Assembly: GCA_043820105.1 (NCBI GenBank)
Contig: JBDREC010000108.1
Span: 1 to 52,448, forward strand
From: Pseudomonadota bacterium
GTDB taxonomy: Bacteria; Bdellovibrionota_F; JAHFAK01; JBDREC01
Direction: 5' to 3'
DNA length: 52,448 bases
The notes beneath the pieces were generated by a model that was not told where the DNA came from, ran no database searches, and saw only the letters and a program-made list of their open reading frames with translations. A program made the position numbers and the translations under genes. This document shows positions 28,698-39,400 of this stretch, piece by piece (the stretch's first letter is position 1; each line of letters opens with the position of its first letter).

Positions 28698-29501
28698 ATG
28701 GATATAAATTTAGGTTCATATTCCTATGGAAATTTTCATGATAATGAAGCAGAACTTAAAAGGCTTGAGCTTCAGGCAAACATTGCTAAAGAATTTGAAA
28801 TAAAAATATTAAAAAAATATGGAGTTACTAAAGGAAAAAAAATCTTAGACCTTGGATGCGGAACAGGAATAACTTCAATTGCCATTGCCCAGGCGAGCTA
28901 TCCTGGAAATGTTATTGGTGTTGATGCAAATGAGCTTCTCATTAAAAGGGCTTGTGAACATAAAGTTCAAGCCAAGCAATCAAATCTTAAGTTTCATTTC
29001 CAAAATGTTTATGAATTAAACCTTGCTGATAAAGATTTTGATATTGCCTATTCTAGATTTCTTTTCCAACATCTTCAAAATCCAAAAGTGGCTATTGCAA
29101 AGATAAAAGCTCATTTAAAAACATCTGGAATGATTTGTATTGCTGATATTGATGAACGTTTTCTGCTTCTATACCCTGAAAATGCAAGTTTTGATTCACT
29201 TTGTAAGGCTGCATGGATATCTCAAAAGAATAGAGGTGGAGATAGGTCAATTGGAAGAAAGCTTGTCCATTACTTAAAAGAAGCAAATTTTTCAAATGTT
29301 AAGCTGGAAGTATTCACTCTTTCTAGTTTTGATTTAGGGTTTAAAAATTTCATTGAGATTACTACAAAGTATAAAGCTGAGCAAATAAGCCAAGATATCT
29401 TAGACAGAAAAACTGTTAATGAATATCTTGAGCAAATTCAGAAGCTTCCAGAAGACACTTTGGGAATTGTCAGTATATTTGTTGCAACAGGTGTAAAGTA
29501 A
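28698..29501 (+). CDS. Class I SAM-dependent methyltransferase
   Basis: ELKRLELQA, ILDLGCGTG, VIGVD, FDIAYSRFLFQHL, RGGDRSIGRKL. Confidence 0.92.
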   Translation: MDINLGSYSYGNFHDNEAELKRLELQANIAKEFEIKILKKYGVTKGKKILDLGCGTGITSIAIAQASYPGNVIGVDANELLIKRACEHKVQAKQSNLKFHFQNVYELNLADKDFDIAYSRFLFQHLQNPKVAIAKIKAHLKTSGMICIADIDERFLLLYPENASFDSLCKAAWISQKNRGGDRSIGRKLVHYLKEANFSNVKLEVFTLSSFDLGFKNFIEITTKYKAEQISQDILDRKTVNEYLEQIQKLPEDTLGIVSIFVATGVK

Positions 29502-29542
29502 AAATCTACCATTTGAACATAATAATAAAAAATTAATAAAAA

Positions 29543-29599
29543 CAAGCCATTGAAATTAAATCAAAATATCTAAATTGCCATTTTGGTATCCTTTTTGCT
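29543..29599 (+). promoter_or_regulatory. Sigma-54 promoter with upstream IHF-like site for the pilin-like gene
   Basis: TTGGTATCCTTTTTGCT (GG 29585-86, GC 29597-98). At 29543-29555 the minus strand reads TTTCAATGGCTTG, close to WATCAANNNNTTR. Confidence 0.65.
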
Positions 29600-29640
29600 T
29601 AATAATATGCTGATTATTTAAAAATCAAGGAGGAAAGACA

Positions 29641-30141
29641 ATGAACAAAAGAGGATTTACTTTAGTAGAACTCATGATAACTGTGGCTATTATTGGAATT
29701 TTAGCCTGTCTTGGTGGCTCATCTTTAATGGGTTTAATTCAAAAAGCGAAAAAAGCAGAAGTTAATATCATTATTTCCGGTTTATTTACAGCAGAATCAC
29801 ATTACAGCCTTGAAAAGACAAAAATTCATCCTGTTGGCAGCAATGTTAATCCTGTTCCAGTTTCTACAGCAGTACTTAGTGGAGATAAAATATCTGGTTC
29901 GCAGGCTCTTATTGCCTCTGATGTCGGCTGCAATATTATTGATTATGATGTAACAGAAGATATTTATTCAAGTTTTTATGTTGAGAAAGTTAGTATTCAA
30001 AAAACTACAAATTATTATATTAAAGTTTTACAGGACTTAGATGATGATGAAAATATTGGAACTTATGTACAGGAAATTGCAATTGATAGCGTTGGTTTTG
30101 TAAGTAAATCAAGTGACATAAGTACAGAACAAGAAGATTAA
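29641..30141 (+). CDS. Type IV pilin-like protein (paralog of 40521-41033)
   Basis: AGGAGG RBS; prepilin site [20 protein letters not shown]; shares KAKKAEV and QDLDDDxxxGTYxQ with the other pilin. Confidence 0.92.
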   Translation: MNKRGFTLVELMITVAIIGILACLGGSSLMGLIQKAKKAEVNIIISGLFTAESHYSLEKTKIHPVGSNVNPVPVSTAVLSGDKISGSQALIASDVGCNIIDYDVTEDIYSSFYVEKVSIQKTTNYYIKVLQDLDDDENIGTYVQEIAIDSVGFVSKSSDISTEQED

Positions 30142-31424
30142 TTATCAAGTTCTTTGAAATCACCCATGAATTTTACAAATCCCCAAATTGCGCCAATACC
30201 TATTATTGTATGCGCAGCTAGTACATACCAAACATATTCAGGATGTCCCATTTCGCGAAACATTCCATAAAGTGGAGTATAAATCATTCCTGAAAATGCT
30301 CCAACACCAACAGATAAAAAGCTTGCACCCATGTAAAGGCCAGCTTTTTCTTTTGGTGCCATCCATGTTATGTATTCTTGGATCCTAGGTGATGCAATCA
30401 TTTCACCAACTGCAAAAATGAAAATTCCTAAAAATGCAAAGGCAGGTGATGAAAAAGCAGCAAAAGCTAAGACAACAAAACCAACAGCTGTTACAAAAAG
30501 ACCAAACAAGAATGTTGGAATTCCAGCAAACCTTTCAGCTGCCTTTGAAACAAATAATTGAAAGAAAATGATAATGTAGCCAGTATGGGCAATTGTTTCA
30601 CCAAGAAGTTTTCTTTGTCCATCAGCATCAACATGTGATAGAAAGTTTGCTATGCCGCTTCCAAGTACCATTTGAACATATTGAAAGAGAGCAGCTGTAT
30701 CAACATTTTTATCAATAAAAATTGCTACTAAGTTAAAAAAGCCCCAAAAAGGGATCCAGAAGAAAAAGCCCAGCATACCTAAAAATAGGGCAAATTTTAC
30801 ATCTGATAAAGCTTCCCAAATATCAGCAAATTTTTGTTTTAAAGTAACACCTTCGATTTCTCTTTCAGGTTCTTTATAGAAAAATAAAGTAACAAAAAAC
30901 ATAATTGTAATTGTAATAGCAGACACTAAGAAGGCATAGTTCCATGATATGGCTCTTAGTTTACCAGCAACAACAGGTCCAAAAGAAGCTCCAACATTAA
31001 CCATTGCATAAAAAATTCCAAAGCCTAGGGTTTTATTTGAGCCATCTGTTGAAACTCTAACTGTTCCAGAAATCAATGGTTTAAATATACCAGCTGCAAA
31101 ACCTATTCCTAGCATAGTTAAAGCAATGCCAGAGAATGATTTTGTGAACATTAATAAGCATATTGTTGGAATGTAAGCCAGGTATGAAACCAATAACATT
31201 TTCTTGAAACCAAACCTGTCAGCAAATGTTCCAGAAATTAAAGGAACAGTATAAGATACAAGCAGGAATAAAGTTTGAACAAAGCCAAGTTGGCCCTTGG
31301 AATATCCTAGATATTCCATGTAAATTCCAAATCCTAAATAAATTCCATAATAAGCAAATCTTTCTAAAACTTCTATAAAGTTTGCTAACCAAAAGACTGG
31401 TGGGAAAGCTGTACGTTTTGACAT
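30138..31424 (-). CDS. MFS transporter, POT/PTR peptide transporter-like
   Basis: IEVLERFAYYG (ExxERFxYYG), GTFADRFGFKK, GIFKP, GFGIFYAMVNVGA, GEMIASP. Confidence 0.92.
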   Translation of the reverse strand: MSKRTAFPPVFWLANFIEVLERFAYYGIYLGFGIYMEYLGYSKGQLGFVQTLFLLVSYTVPLISGTFADRFGFKKMLLVSYLAYIPTICLLMFTKSFSGIALTMLGIGFAAGIFKPLISGTVRVSTDGSNKTLGFGIFYAMVNVGASFGPVVAGKLRAISWNYAFLVSAITITIMFFVTLFFYKEPEREIEGVTLKQKFADIWEALSDVKFALFLGMLGFFFWIPFWGFFNLVAIFIDKNVDTAALFQYVQMVLGSGIANFLSHVDADGQRKLLGETIAHTGYIIIFFQLFVSKAAERFAGIPTFLFGLFVTAVGFVVLAFAAFSSPAFAFLGIFIFAVGEMIASPRIQEYITWMAPKEKAGLYMGASFLSVGVGAFSGMIYTPLYGMFREMGHPEYVWYVLAAHTIIGIGAIWGFVKFMGDFKELDN

Positions 31425-31533
31425 ATATGTCTCCTCTTTTTAAGTTTGAATTTTTCTGTTCTGTATAAATGTCATATAGGGTTTATTTAATTGAAATAAT
31501 TTGGCAAGGATTTTTTTTGGGATAGTTTTGTTA

Positions 31534-31884
31534 TTAAATAGCAGTTCCACCTAAATCACAAGATCCAGATCCAGGTCCTACACCATTTGAAGAACAAGCA
31601 GCGGCATAGACCCCTTGATTACATGACCAACCACTTTCAGCTGTATTGCCTTGACCGCATTGACCGGCTTGAGCACCAGTAGTGCAAGCATTGCCATTTA
31701 AAGGAGCATCTCCACCTGTGCCTGTTGCACACATTGTTGCAGCTGAAGTGCCTCCTGTGCAGGTGGTTGTGCTGAATCCAGCATAGGCATTTGTTCCAGA
31801 TATGCATTGATTTGTTGTATGTCTAGGATTCAAATGTAATAGCCTTGGTTTATTGTAATTAATGCTTCTTTTCGCTTTTGACAT
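31534..31884 (-). CDS. Cys/Gly-rich repeat peptide, candidate RiPP precursor 1
   Basis: Basic leader with YNKPRL; eight Cys, seven as CxxG and one as CxxxG; no hydrophobic signal peptide. Confidence 0.7.
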   Translation of the reverse strand: MSKAKRSINYNKPRLLHLNPRHTTNQCISGTNAYAGFSTTTCTGGTSAATMCATGTGGDAPLNGNACTTGAQAGQCGQGNTAESGWSCNQGVYAAACSSNGVGPGSGSCDLGGTAI

Positions 31885-32000
31885 AATTAATATCCTACAA
31901 ATAATTAAATTGATCTTTTTAAGATAATATTAAAAAATATGATTTTCAAGTATATAATTACAATAATAATTTATTGTTTTAATATAAAAAGGAAAAAATT

Positions 32001-33032
32001 ATGCCTCAGTTAACAATTGTTAAAGATTATAAATCAAACTTAAATATTAGGGAAACTGAAGAAGCAATTAAATTTATTAAAGATACTTTTCAAACAAAAT
32101 TTGCAAAAGCTTTAAATTTGCAAAGAGTTTCAGCCCCATTATTTGTTGAAAAGGGCTCTGGGATAAATGATGATTTAAATGGTGTTGAAAGAAAATCTGA
32201 GTTTTTATTGGGTTGTGGAAAAGTCGCAGAAGGCTTAAACTCTCTGGCTAAGTGGAAGAGAATGAAACTAGCTGAATATGGTTTTTCTACAGGTGAAGGG
32301 CTTTATACTGACATGAATGGAATAAGGCTTGATGATGAGCTTGATAACTTGCATTCCCATTATGTTGATCAATGGGATTGGGAAAAAGCTATAAACAATG
32401 AGCAAAGAACAGTTCAGTTTTTAAAAGAGAGTGTTAATAGTATTTATCAAGTTATAAAGTCAGTCGGTGAGGAGCTTTGTGAAAAATATTCCTACATAAA
32501 TTATAAATGGCCAAATGAAATCACCCATATTCACGCTGATGATTTATTAAGGAAGTATCCTGATCTTAGCCCCTTAGAAAGAGAAGGCAAGGCTAGCCAA
32601 GAGTTTGGTGTCATATTTGTCAGGGGAATTGGAGGCAAGCTTTCCGATGGTACCATTCATGATGGAAGAGCTCCTGATTATGATGACTGGTCAAGCATTG
32701 GGTCTGATGGCAGGATTGGCTTAAATGGTGATATTATAGTGTGGAATCCTATTTTGAAAAGGGCATATGAATTAAGTTCAATGGGAATCAGAGTTTCAAA
32801 AGAATCTTTAAAAAAACAGTTAGAAATACGAGAGGCTTCAGATAGGCTAAATTTAGAATGGCATAAAAGACTTTTGGCTGATGAATATCCCTTTTCTATT
32901 GGAGGTGGTATTGGACAATCAAGACTTTGCATGTTCTACTTACAAAAAGCTCATATTGGAGAAACTCAGGCAAGTGTTTGGCCAGATGAGATGATAGAAG
33001 TCTGTAAGGTAAATGGAATAAATCTTTTATAA
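32001..33032 (+). CDS. asnA: Aspartate--ammonia ligase (asparagine synthetase A)
   Basis: GINDDLNGVER, SLAKWKR, GEGLYTDMN, HSHYVDQWDWEK, HDGRAPDYDDW, SIGGGIGQSRL. Confidence 0.97.
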   Translation: MPQLTIVKDYKSNLNIRETEEAIKFIKDTFQTKFAKALNLQRVSAPLFVEKGSGINDDLNGVERKSEFLLGCGKVAEGLNSLAKWKRMKLAEYGFSTGEGLYTDMNGIRLDDELDNLHSHYVDQWDWEKAINNEQRTVQFLKESVNSIYQVIKSVGEELCEKYSYINYKWPNEITHIHADDLLRKYPDLSPLEREGKASQEFGVIFVRGIGGKLSDGTIHDGRAPDYDDWSSIGSDGRIGLNGDIIVWNPILKRAYELSSMGIRVSKESLKKQLEIREASDRLNLEWHKRLLADEYPFSIGGGIGQSRLCMFYLQKAHIGETQASVWPDEMIEVCKVNGINLL

Positions 33033-33055
33033 AGGCATGTTTGAGTTAATATTAG

Positions 33056-34039
33056 CTAAAATATAGTGATTATATTCATGATTGTTAAGGAGCAAAGGGC
33101 AGTCGCAATTGGGACTGAAATATTATCATCTATTTTGCGACTGAAAAGTTCAGCCAAGCAACCTGCTAAGGCTCCTCCTGAGCTTAGGGCAAGTATATAA
33201 ACAAAAGAAAGGTTTGGATAATATATTAAAAGTGCTATGCTTGCTGTGATAGTACCAACTATCCAAAAAGTTAAGCTGCCTTCAAGTGAACGACCGTTAG
33301 CTAAGCAAATTCGACCAAATCGACGACCAATTATCGCTGCTGCTGGATCAGCTGTAGCTAAGACAATAATAGCAATTGAAGCAATTGCTTTGTTTTGTAT
33401 TAGAGCCAGAATAAACAATGAAGTAGAAAACCAGGTCGCTGAATTTACTCGCCATTTTTCATGTGGGTGAGCAAGCTTTACAAAAGGCGCCATAATAATC
33501 TTATTAAGCTGCGGAGTTTGTCTGCGTATGAATTCAAGAAACCAACAGGTTGATACAAAGGCAGCTGAAAGGTAAATGGCCATTGAATTACTTAAAAGAT
33601 GCTGAAGAATTATTAAAACAATAAAACCATTTGTAACATGAAATAAATTCCTTGCATAATTTGTTGGGCGCAAAGAAGGAACATGAATATCAAAAGTTTT
33701 AAGATTCTTGATTAGCTGCTCATAAGCAGGAATTATTTCAATTCGAAATTGATTCCACCTGCTTTTAATAAGATCAATTGATTTTTTTTGATCAGGTAAA
33801 GATTCTTCGACTTGTGTGCATAGTTCACAAATTCTCTTATGAAGAGCCACAATATTAGGATGTTCAAGTGATGACTCATAGGAGATTTTAATTTTGTTTA
33901 GATTTTTTCGTATTATTTCTAATTTTTGCTCCGCCCAATGTTCCAAATCATCATTCCAGCGAGCAGGATCAATTTCACCTAACAAAGTGTAAAGGTCATT
34001 AGCAATAAAACGACAATCAATTGCTAGTAAGTTACTCAT
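33056..34039 (-). CDS. Polyprenol/diacylglycerol kinase (dolichol/phytol kinase, CTP_transf_1-like) membrane protein with soluble N-terminal extension
   Basis: ARNLFH, HPHEKWRVNSATW, LATADPAAAIIGRRFG, RSLEGSL, AELFSRKIDDNISVP. Confidence 0.85.
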   Translation of the reverse strand: MSNLLAIDCRFIANDLYTLLGEIDPARWNDDLEHWAEQKLEIIRKNLNKIKISYESSLEHPNIVALHKRICELCTQVEESLPDQKKSIDLIKSRWNQFRIEIIPAYEQLIKNLKTFDIHVPSLRPTNYARNLFHVTNGFIVLIILQHLLSNSMAIYLSAAFVSTCWFLEFIRRQTPQLNKIIMAPFVKLAHPHEKWRVNSATWFSTSLFILALIQNKAIASIAIIVLATADPAAAIIGRRFGRICLANGRSLEGSLTFWIVGTITASIALLIYYPNLSFVYILALSSGGALAGCLAELFSRKIDDNISVPIATALCSLTIMNIITIF

Positions 34040-34127
34040 AATGTCAGGCTAATTATTATAATTTAATTTGGATAGCAATGAAAAACATTAAAAAACAAAA
34101 AAAATATGATTAAAAAAAAAGAAAATC

Positions 34128-34156
34128 TTGACTACATACATACATGTATGTATGTA
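34128..34156 (+). promoter_or_regulatory. AcrR-type operator overlapping a sigma-70 promoter
   Basis: Perfect 24-bp palindrome TACATACATACATGTATGTATGTA (34133-34156) adjoining a -35 TTGACT (34128-34133). Confidence 0.85.
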
Positions 34157-34184
34157 AAACAAATTTTTATTAAGAGGCTTGTTA

Positions 34185-34835
34185 ATGAAAAAAACAAAAG
34201 AAGAAGCACAAAAAACTAAAGAAGCAATAATAAAAGCAGCTAGTGAAGTGTTTTGTGATCATGGCTATGCTAGTACAAAATTAGAAGAAATAGCTAAAAA
34301 AGCTAAGCTTACAAGAGGTGCAATCTATTGGAATTTTAAAAACAAAGAAGACCTGTTTTGTACCTTAATTGATACTTCTTTTAAGCAAATAGATACTTCA
34401 ATAAAACCCATTTGGGAATCTGACCTTGGTGCTTTAGAAAAATTTGAAAAAACTATTAAAACCTTTTTAAAGGAAATAAAAAGAAGTAATAAAATTAAAA
34501 TACTTACCTTTATTCATAATCCAATATTTAATAATTTGAAAAGTGACGTTGATAAAAAAGCCCAAAGACTTCTAGAAAAAAACAGAAGTGAGCGAATAAA
34601 AAGGCTAGAAGTGTTGATTGAACAAGCAAAAAAAACGGGTGAAATTAGAAAAGACATTACTAGTCATCAAATTTCTAATTCATTTTTTATTTATTTAATT
34701 GGATTAATGAAATTTACTCTAATTCCTTCTAATAAAGATATTTCACAAAGAGATTTAAACAGTTTAATCAAAATATATCTGGATGGAATAAAAAACCCTT
34801 CGTTTAAATATAAAGAGGAGAATGTGAATGTTTAA
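34185..34835 (+). CDS. TetR/AcrR family regulator
   Basis: MKKTKEEAQKTKEAII...GYASTKLEEIAKKAKLTRGAIYWNFKNKEDLF; AAGAGG RBS before ATG 34185. Confidence 0.95.
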   Translation: MKKTKEEAQKTKEAIIKAASEVFCDHGYASTKLEEIAKKAKLTRGAIYWNFKNKEDLFCTLIDTSFKQIDTSIKPIWESDLGALEKFEKTIKTFLKEIKRSNKIKILTFIHNPIFNNLKSDVDKKAQRLLEKNRSERIKRLEVLIEQAKKTGEIRKDITSHQISNSFFIYLIGLMKFTLIPSNKDISQRDLNSLIKIYLDGIKNPSFKYKEENVNV

Positions 34836-36408
34836 ACATTTATTATGTTTTATGACGATTATTGTTATTTTGATATTTAACTTAAGCGCTAATGAATTAG
34901 TTGATAAACATAAAATCAACTTATCTAAAATAGATATTAAAATCGAAGATGAACCTGCAATTTTGCTTGGTGGACAAAAGATTACCATTGGGGATGCTAT
35001 CAAAAAAGCAATTGAAATGAACCTGGATATTATTCAAGGAAGCTATGATGTAGCTATGACGGATACAATGATTCAAGAACTAAAGCAAAAATACGCTCCT
35101 TATTTAATTAGTAAAGCAGGGACTAAGTATGCTCAGTATCCTGAAGCTTTGGCAATTTATAGTGGACAAGAGATAACTTCTGTTAATGGTCAAGCAATAG
35201 TTTCTAAAAGATTTAAAACCGGCACAACAGTTTCAGGTGGTATATCATATGAATTTGCTGATACAGAAAGAGAAATGCCTGAAGAATTTGCAGCTTTTGG
35301 AGATCTTTTTGGACTAAGTGTTTCGCATGCTCCTGTAGTATTTATAAATCTCAAGCAAGAACTCTTAAAAAATGCTTTTGGGTATAATGAAAAAAGGCTA
35401 TTAACTCAACTTGATAACTATGCAGCCATGCAAAAAGATGGAATCATTTATGCACTTTCATATGTAATAGTTGGTGTTATTTATGATTATTGGAATATGA
35501 TAACAAAAAAAGAAGCCCTTTCAAATTCAATTACAGCTCTAAATGCTACAAAAAATGTGCAAAAAGTTAATGTTACGAATGTAAAATATGGTTTGGCTGA
35601 AACTTTTACCGAAAATTATTATAATCTTTTAATTGAAGGAGCTGAATCAGCTAAAATATTGGCTGAACAAGAATTTAAAAGCGCAAAAAGAAAATTCTTA
35701 TCTACAGTAAACCTTAATTCTAATTTGATGGTAGATGATTCTATTATTCTAACTAATAAATTACCAATAATTAACAAAGAAACGGCAGTTGCTGAAGCTT
35801 ACTCAAAAAGAGCTGATTTATTAAATGCAAAACGCAGCCTTAAAAATGCTAAACTTGACCTAGATATAATTAAAAATGAAAGATTGCCTGAATTGAATGC
35901 ATTGTTTGATGCTAATACATTAGGATATCAAGATGGCTTTGGTGGTTCCTTTAAAGATACAGCCACTTTTGCCTATCCTACTTTTGAGTTTGGTTTAATG
36001 TTAACCATGCCGCTTGATAATCCAGCCAATAAAGTGAAGTCTAGAAATGCCAAATTCAATATTAAAAAAGCTCAAATTCAGTATGATAAAATCAAACGAA
36101 AAGTAAAAGATGATGTTGAAGAAGCAATCGAAAAAATTGAAATGATGCACAAACTTGTTCAGAAAACAAAAATAGCTAGAAAAGAAGCCGAAACATTTTA
36201 CAATAAAATGTTAATTCGATTGAAAAGAGGAAAGCTAAATTCTGCAACTGTTAAAAATGGAATAGATGCCCTAATTGAAAGTCGAAAATATGAACTTGAA
36301 ACTCTTGTTGCATATAATTTAGCTTTAATAAGTTTCCAGGTGGCAAAAAATAAGCTGTGGGAATTTTATGATATAGATGTTGAAAAATATATCCCCAAAG
36401 ACATTTAG
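34828..36408 (+). CDS. TolC family outer membrane efflux protein
   Basis: Signal peptide; ITIGDAIKKAIEMN, INLKQELLK, RADL...ERLPELN, LTMPLDN repeats; operon context. Confidence 0.88.
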   Translation: MFKHLLCFMTIIVILIFNLSANELVDKHKINLSKIDIKIEDEPAILLGGQKITIGDAIKKAIEMNLDIIQGSYDVAMTDTMIQELKQKYAPYLISKAGTKYAQYPEALAIYSGQEITSVNGQAIVSKRFKTGTTVSGGISYEFADTEREMPEEFAAFGDLFGLSVSHAPVVFINLKQELLKNAFGYNEKRLLTQLDNYAAMQKDGIIYALSYVIVGVIYDYWNMITKKEALSNSITALNATKNVQKVNVTNVKYGLAETFTENYYNLLIEGAESAKILAEQEFKSAKRKFLSTVNLNSNLMVDDSIILTNKLPIINKETAVAEAYSKRADLLNAKRSLKNAKLDLDIIKNERLPELNALFDANTLGYQDGFGGSFKDTATFAYPTFEFGLMLTMPLDNPANKVKSRNAKFNIKKAQIQYDKIKRKVKDDVEEAIEKIEMMHKLVQKTKIARKEAETFYNKMLIRLKRGKLNSATVKNGIDALIESRKYELETLVAYNLALISFQVAKNKLWEFYDIDVEKYIPKDI

Positions 36409-36438
36409 CACATGCAATTACTATAAAAGGAAAAGTCT

Positions 36439-39400
36439 ATGAAAAATGTTATATCATTTTTAATGAAACAAAATCTTTTAATTAACTTAATTGTTGTTTT
36501 AATTTTATCTGTAGGTTTTGTTACTATAAAAAATATAAATCGAGAAGTAGCCCCTGAGGTTAACTTTGACATGGTCACAATTACAACAATTTATCCAGGT
36601 GCAAGTCCTGATGAATGTGAACAACTTATTACCATTCCCATTGAAAAAAAATTAAGGGAAGTAATGGGGCTTGATAAGGTTCGAAGTTATAACATAGAAA
36701 ATGTTTCAGTTATTGTGATTTATTTATCAGAGGATGCTAAAGATAAGTCCAAAGTAGCAGATGACATTAAAGATGCTGTAGCTTTAGTTAAGGATTTGCC
36801 TGGTAATGCTGAAAAACCCGAAATAAAAGAAGTTAAGCTTGATAAAACCCCTGTTTTAAATTTCGCTATTCGTGGTAAAAAATCAAATGTTTCTTATAGA
36901 AAAATCAGAGAAGTTTCTGAAAAACTAGAAGAGTATTTGTATGAAATTAATGGCATCGCTGATGTTGAAACATATGGAAAGCAAGATAGAGAGTATTTGG
37001 TTGAGGTAAATCCAAAAGCACTGAGTAAATATAGAATTGGTCTTAATAAAGTAATTGATACTTTAAGAGGTAGAAACATTGATCTCCCAGGTGGGTCAAT
37101 AAAGGTTGGGGAAAATGAATATATTCTAAGGACCAAGGGGAAATATAACTCAATTGAGGATATTAAAAATACCTCCCTATTTGCAAATGATGCTGGGTTT
37201 TTAACAAAGGTCAAAGACCTTGCAAAAGTATCAGATACCTTTGAAGAAGCTGATGTTTTTGAAAGGTACAATGGAACTAGATCTGTTATAATGATTGCAT
37301 GGAAAAAACGAAGTGCTGATGAAATAAGAGTTGTTGATACGATTAAAGAAAAAATGAAAACTTTTTCTAATCCCTATGAAAATGAAATAACTATTGATCA
37401 TTTTGGGGACATGAGCAGGATTACTAGAGACAGAATTGATGCAGTTATTGAAAATGCTTTAGTAGGATTTTTACTTTTAATAGCAATTTTATTTCTTTTA
37501 ATGGGAATTCGAATGTCTCTTATTGTAACAGCTTCAATTCCAATTGCTTTTATGGTCGCGTTTATTGGAATGAAGTTAAATGATATCACAATCAATGTTA
37601 TTAGTACCTTTGGTTTAATAATGGTTTTGGGAATGATTGTTGATTTTAGTATTGTAGTTTCAGAAAATAGTTATAGGTACCTGCAAGCAGGCAAATCAAA
37701 GTTGGATGGAATTAGCAAAGGTGTTTCTGAAGTTTTTTGGCCTGTTACTGTTACATTATTATGTATAGTTGCAGCGTTTGCTCCACTTTTATTTATCTCA
37801 GGTGTGGTTGGAAAATTTATTGTAGCAATTCCTTTGGTTGTTATTTTATGTTTAGTTGCTTCATGGATGGGTGCCTTTTTAATTATTCCTAATTATTTAT
37901 ATACCTTTGGTGCTAAGAAAAAATCCAATAATATAAATAAAGAAACAAGCAACAATGAAGAAGTTTATACTAAGGGTTATTTTAGATTTATACAAAAAAT
38001 TTACAGCAGAGCTTTAAAGTGGATGCTTGATTATAGATATATTGCAATAGTGTTAATGTTTGCTTTATTAATAGGAACTTTATCTCTTAGCAAAAAGGTA
38101 GGCTTTGTTTTTATGCCATCAGGAGGAGCTGAAGCTATAAAGATTTGGCTTAAAATGCCACAAGGAACAAATTTAGATACAAACCTTGGACAAGTAAAAA
38201 TTGTGGAAAAAATGATTAATAAACTTCCCAAAGAAGAACTTGAGGGATACAGGATCACTGTTGGAAATGAAGAAACAAGCTGGCTTGATCCAAAACCAGG
38301 GCAGGGAACTCATAAATCAACTATTCATTTAAACTTGAGTCCTGAAAAGAAGCGAAAAAGAAAAGGTGATGAAATTTTATCACAATTAAGAAAAGATTTT
38401 GATAAAGCAAAGAAAGACAAAATCTTTTCAAAAGATGATTTTTTCCAATTTGAGTTAGAAGAAAATGGACCTCCAATTGGAAAACCAATTAATATTGAAA
38501 TAAGAGGCGAAAGCTTTACTGAACTCAAAAAAATTGCAATGGAATATATCTCTTTTTTAGAAAAAACAGATGGTGTATTTGGTATTAGCATAGATCTTGA
38601 GGAAGGTAAGCAAGAATTTAGATATTCAATTAATGAAGACATGGCAGCAAGGACACAAATATCCACAACAAGCGCAGCCCTTGCTCTTAACTCATCTTTT
38701 GAAGGTGCTATTGCAACAAGTGTAAGAGATGGGAAAGATGACATTGATATACGAGTCAGATTTCCAGAAGCAGAAAGAATTGGAGTCGGTAGCCTCAAAA
38801 AAGTAATGATTTCAAATAATCAAGGCGGATTAATTCCTCTTTCTTTAGTTACAGAAGTTAAAAAAGAAAAAGGCTATTCTAATATAAATAGATTAGATTA
38901 TAAGCGGGTTGTTCAGGTATATGGAAATGTAGATCTTTCAATAATTACATCTTTAGAAGTTAATGAAAAGTTAATGTCGCATTTTAAAAATATAGAAAAA
39001 AGGCATCCCGGATATAATGTCACATATGGAGGTGAACAAGAAGAGACTCAAGAAAGAATGACAGAGCTGGCAGTCTTATTTTTATTTGCCTTATTTATTA
39101 TATTTATTATTTTAGCTGTATTTATGAATTCAATTATCCTACCTGTTGTGGTAATGAGCGCCATTCCTTTTGCTACCATTGGAGTAATCCTTGCACTTTT
39201 AACACATGGTGAACCAATGAGTTTCATGACAACTCTCGGTATATTCAGCTTAGCAGGAGTTATTGTTAGCAATACTTTAGTTTTAGTCCAATTTATAAAT
39301 TATCAAAGAGATAAAAAATTAAGTTTAAAAGAATCCCTTCTTAATGCAGGTGTTATTAGATTAAGACCCGTTTTATTAACCGCAGGCACTACAGTCTTAG

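Noticed and set aside
30138-30141. Convergent genes sharing TTAA stop overlaps (also 39621-39624)
   Set aside because: Common in compact AT-rich genomes; no sign of TTAA-targeted insertion.
34133-34156. (TACA)n/(TGTA)n as a phase-variable microsatellite
   Set aside because: Better explained as a perfect AcrR-type operator directly upstream of an AcrR-like gene.
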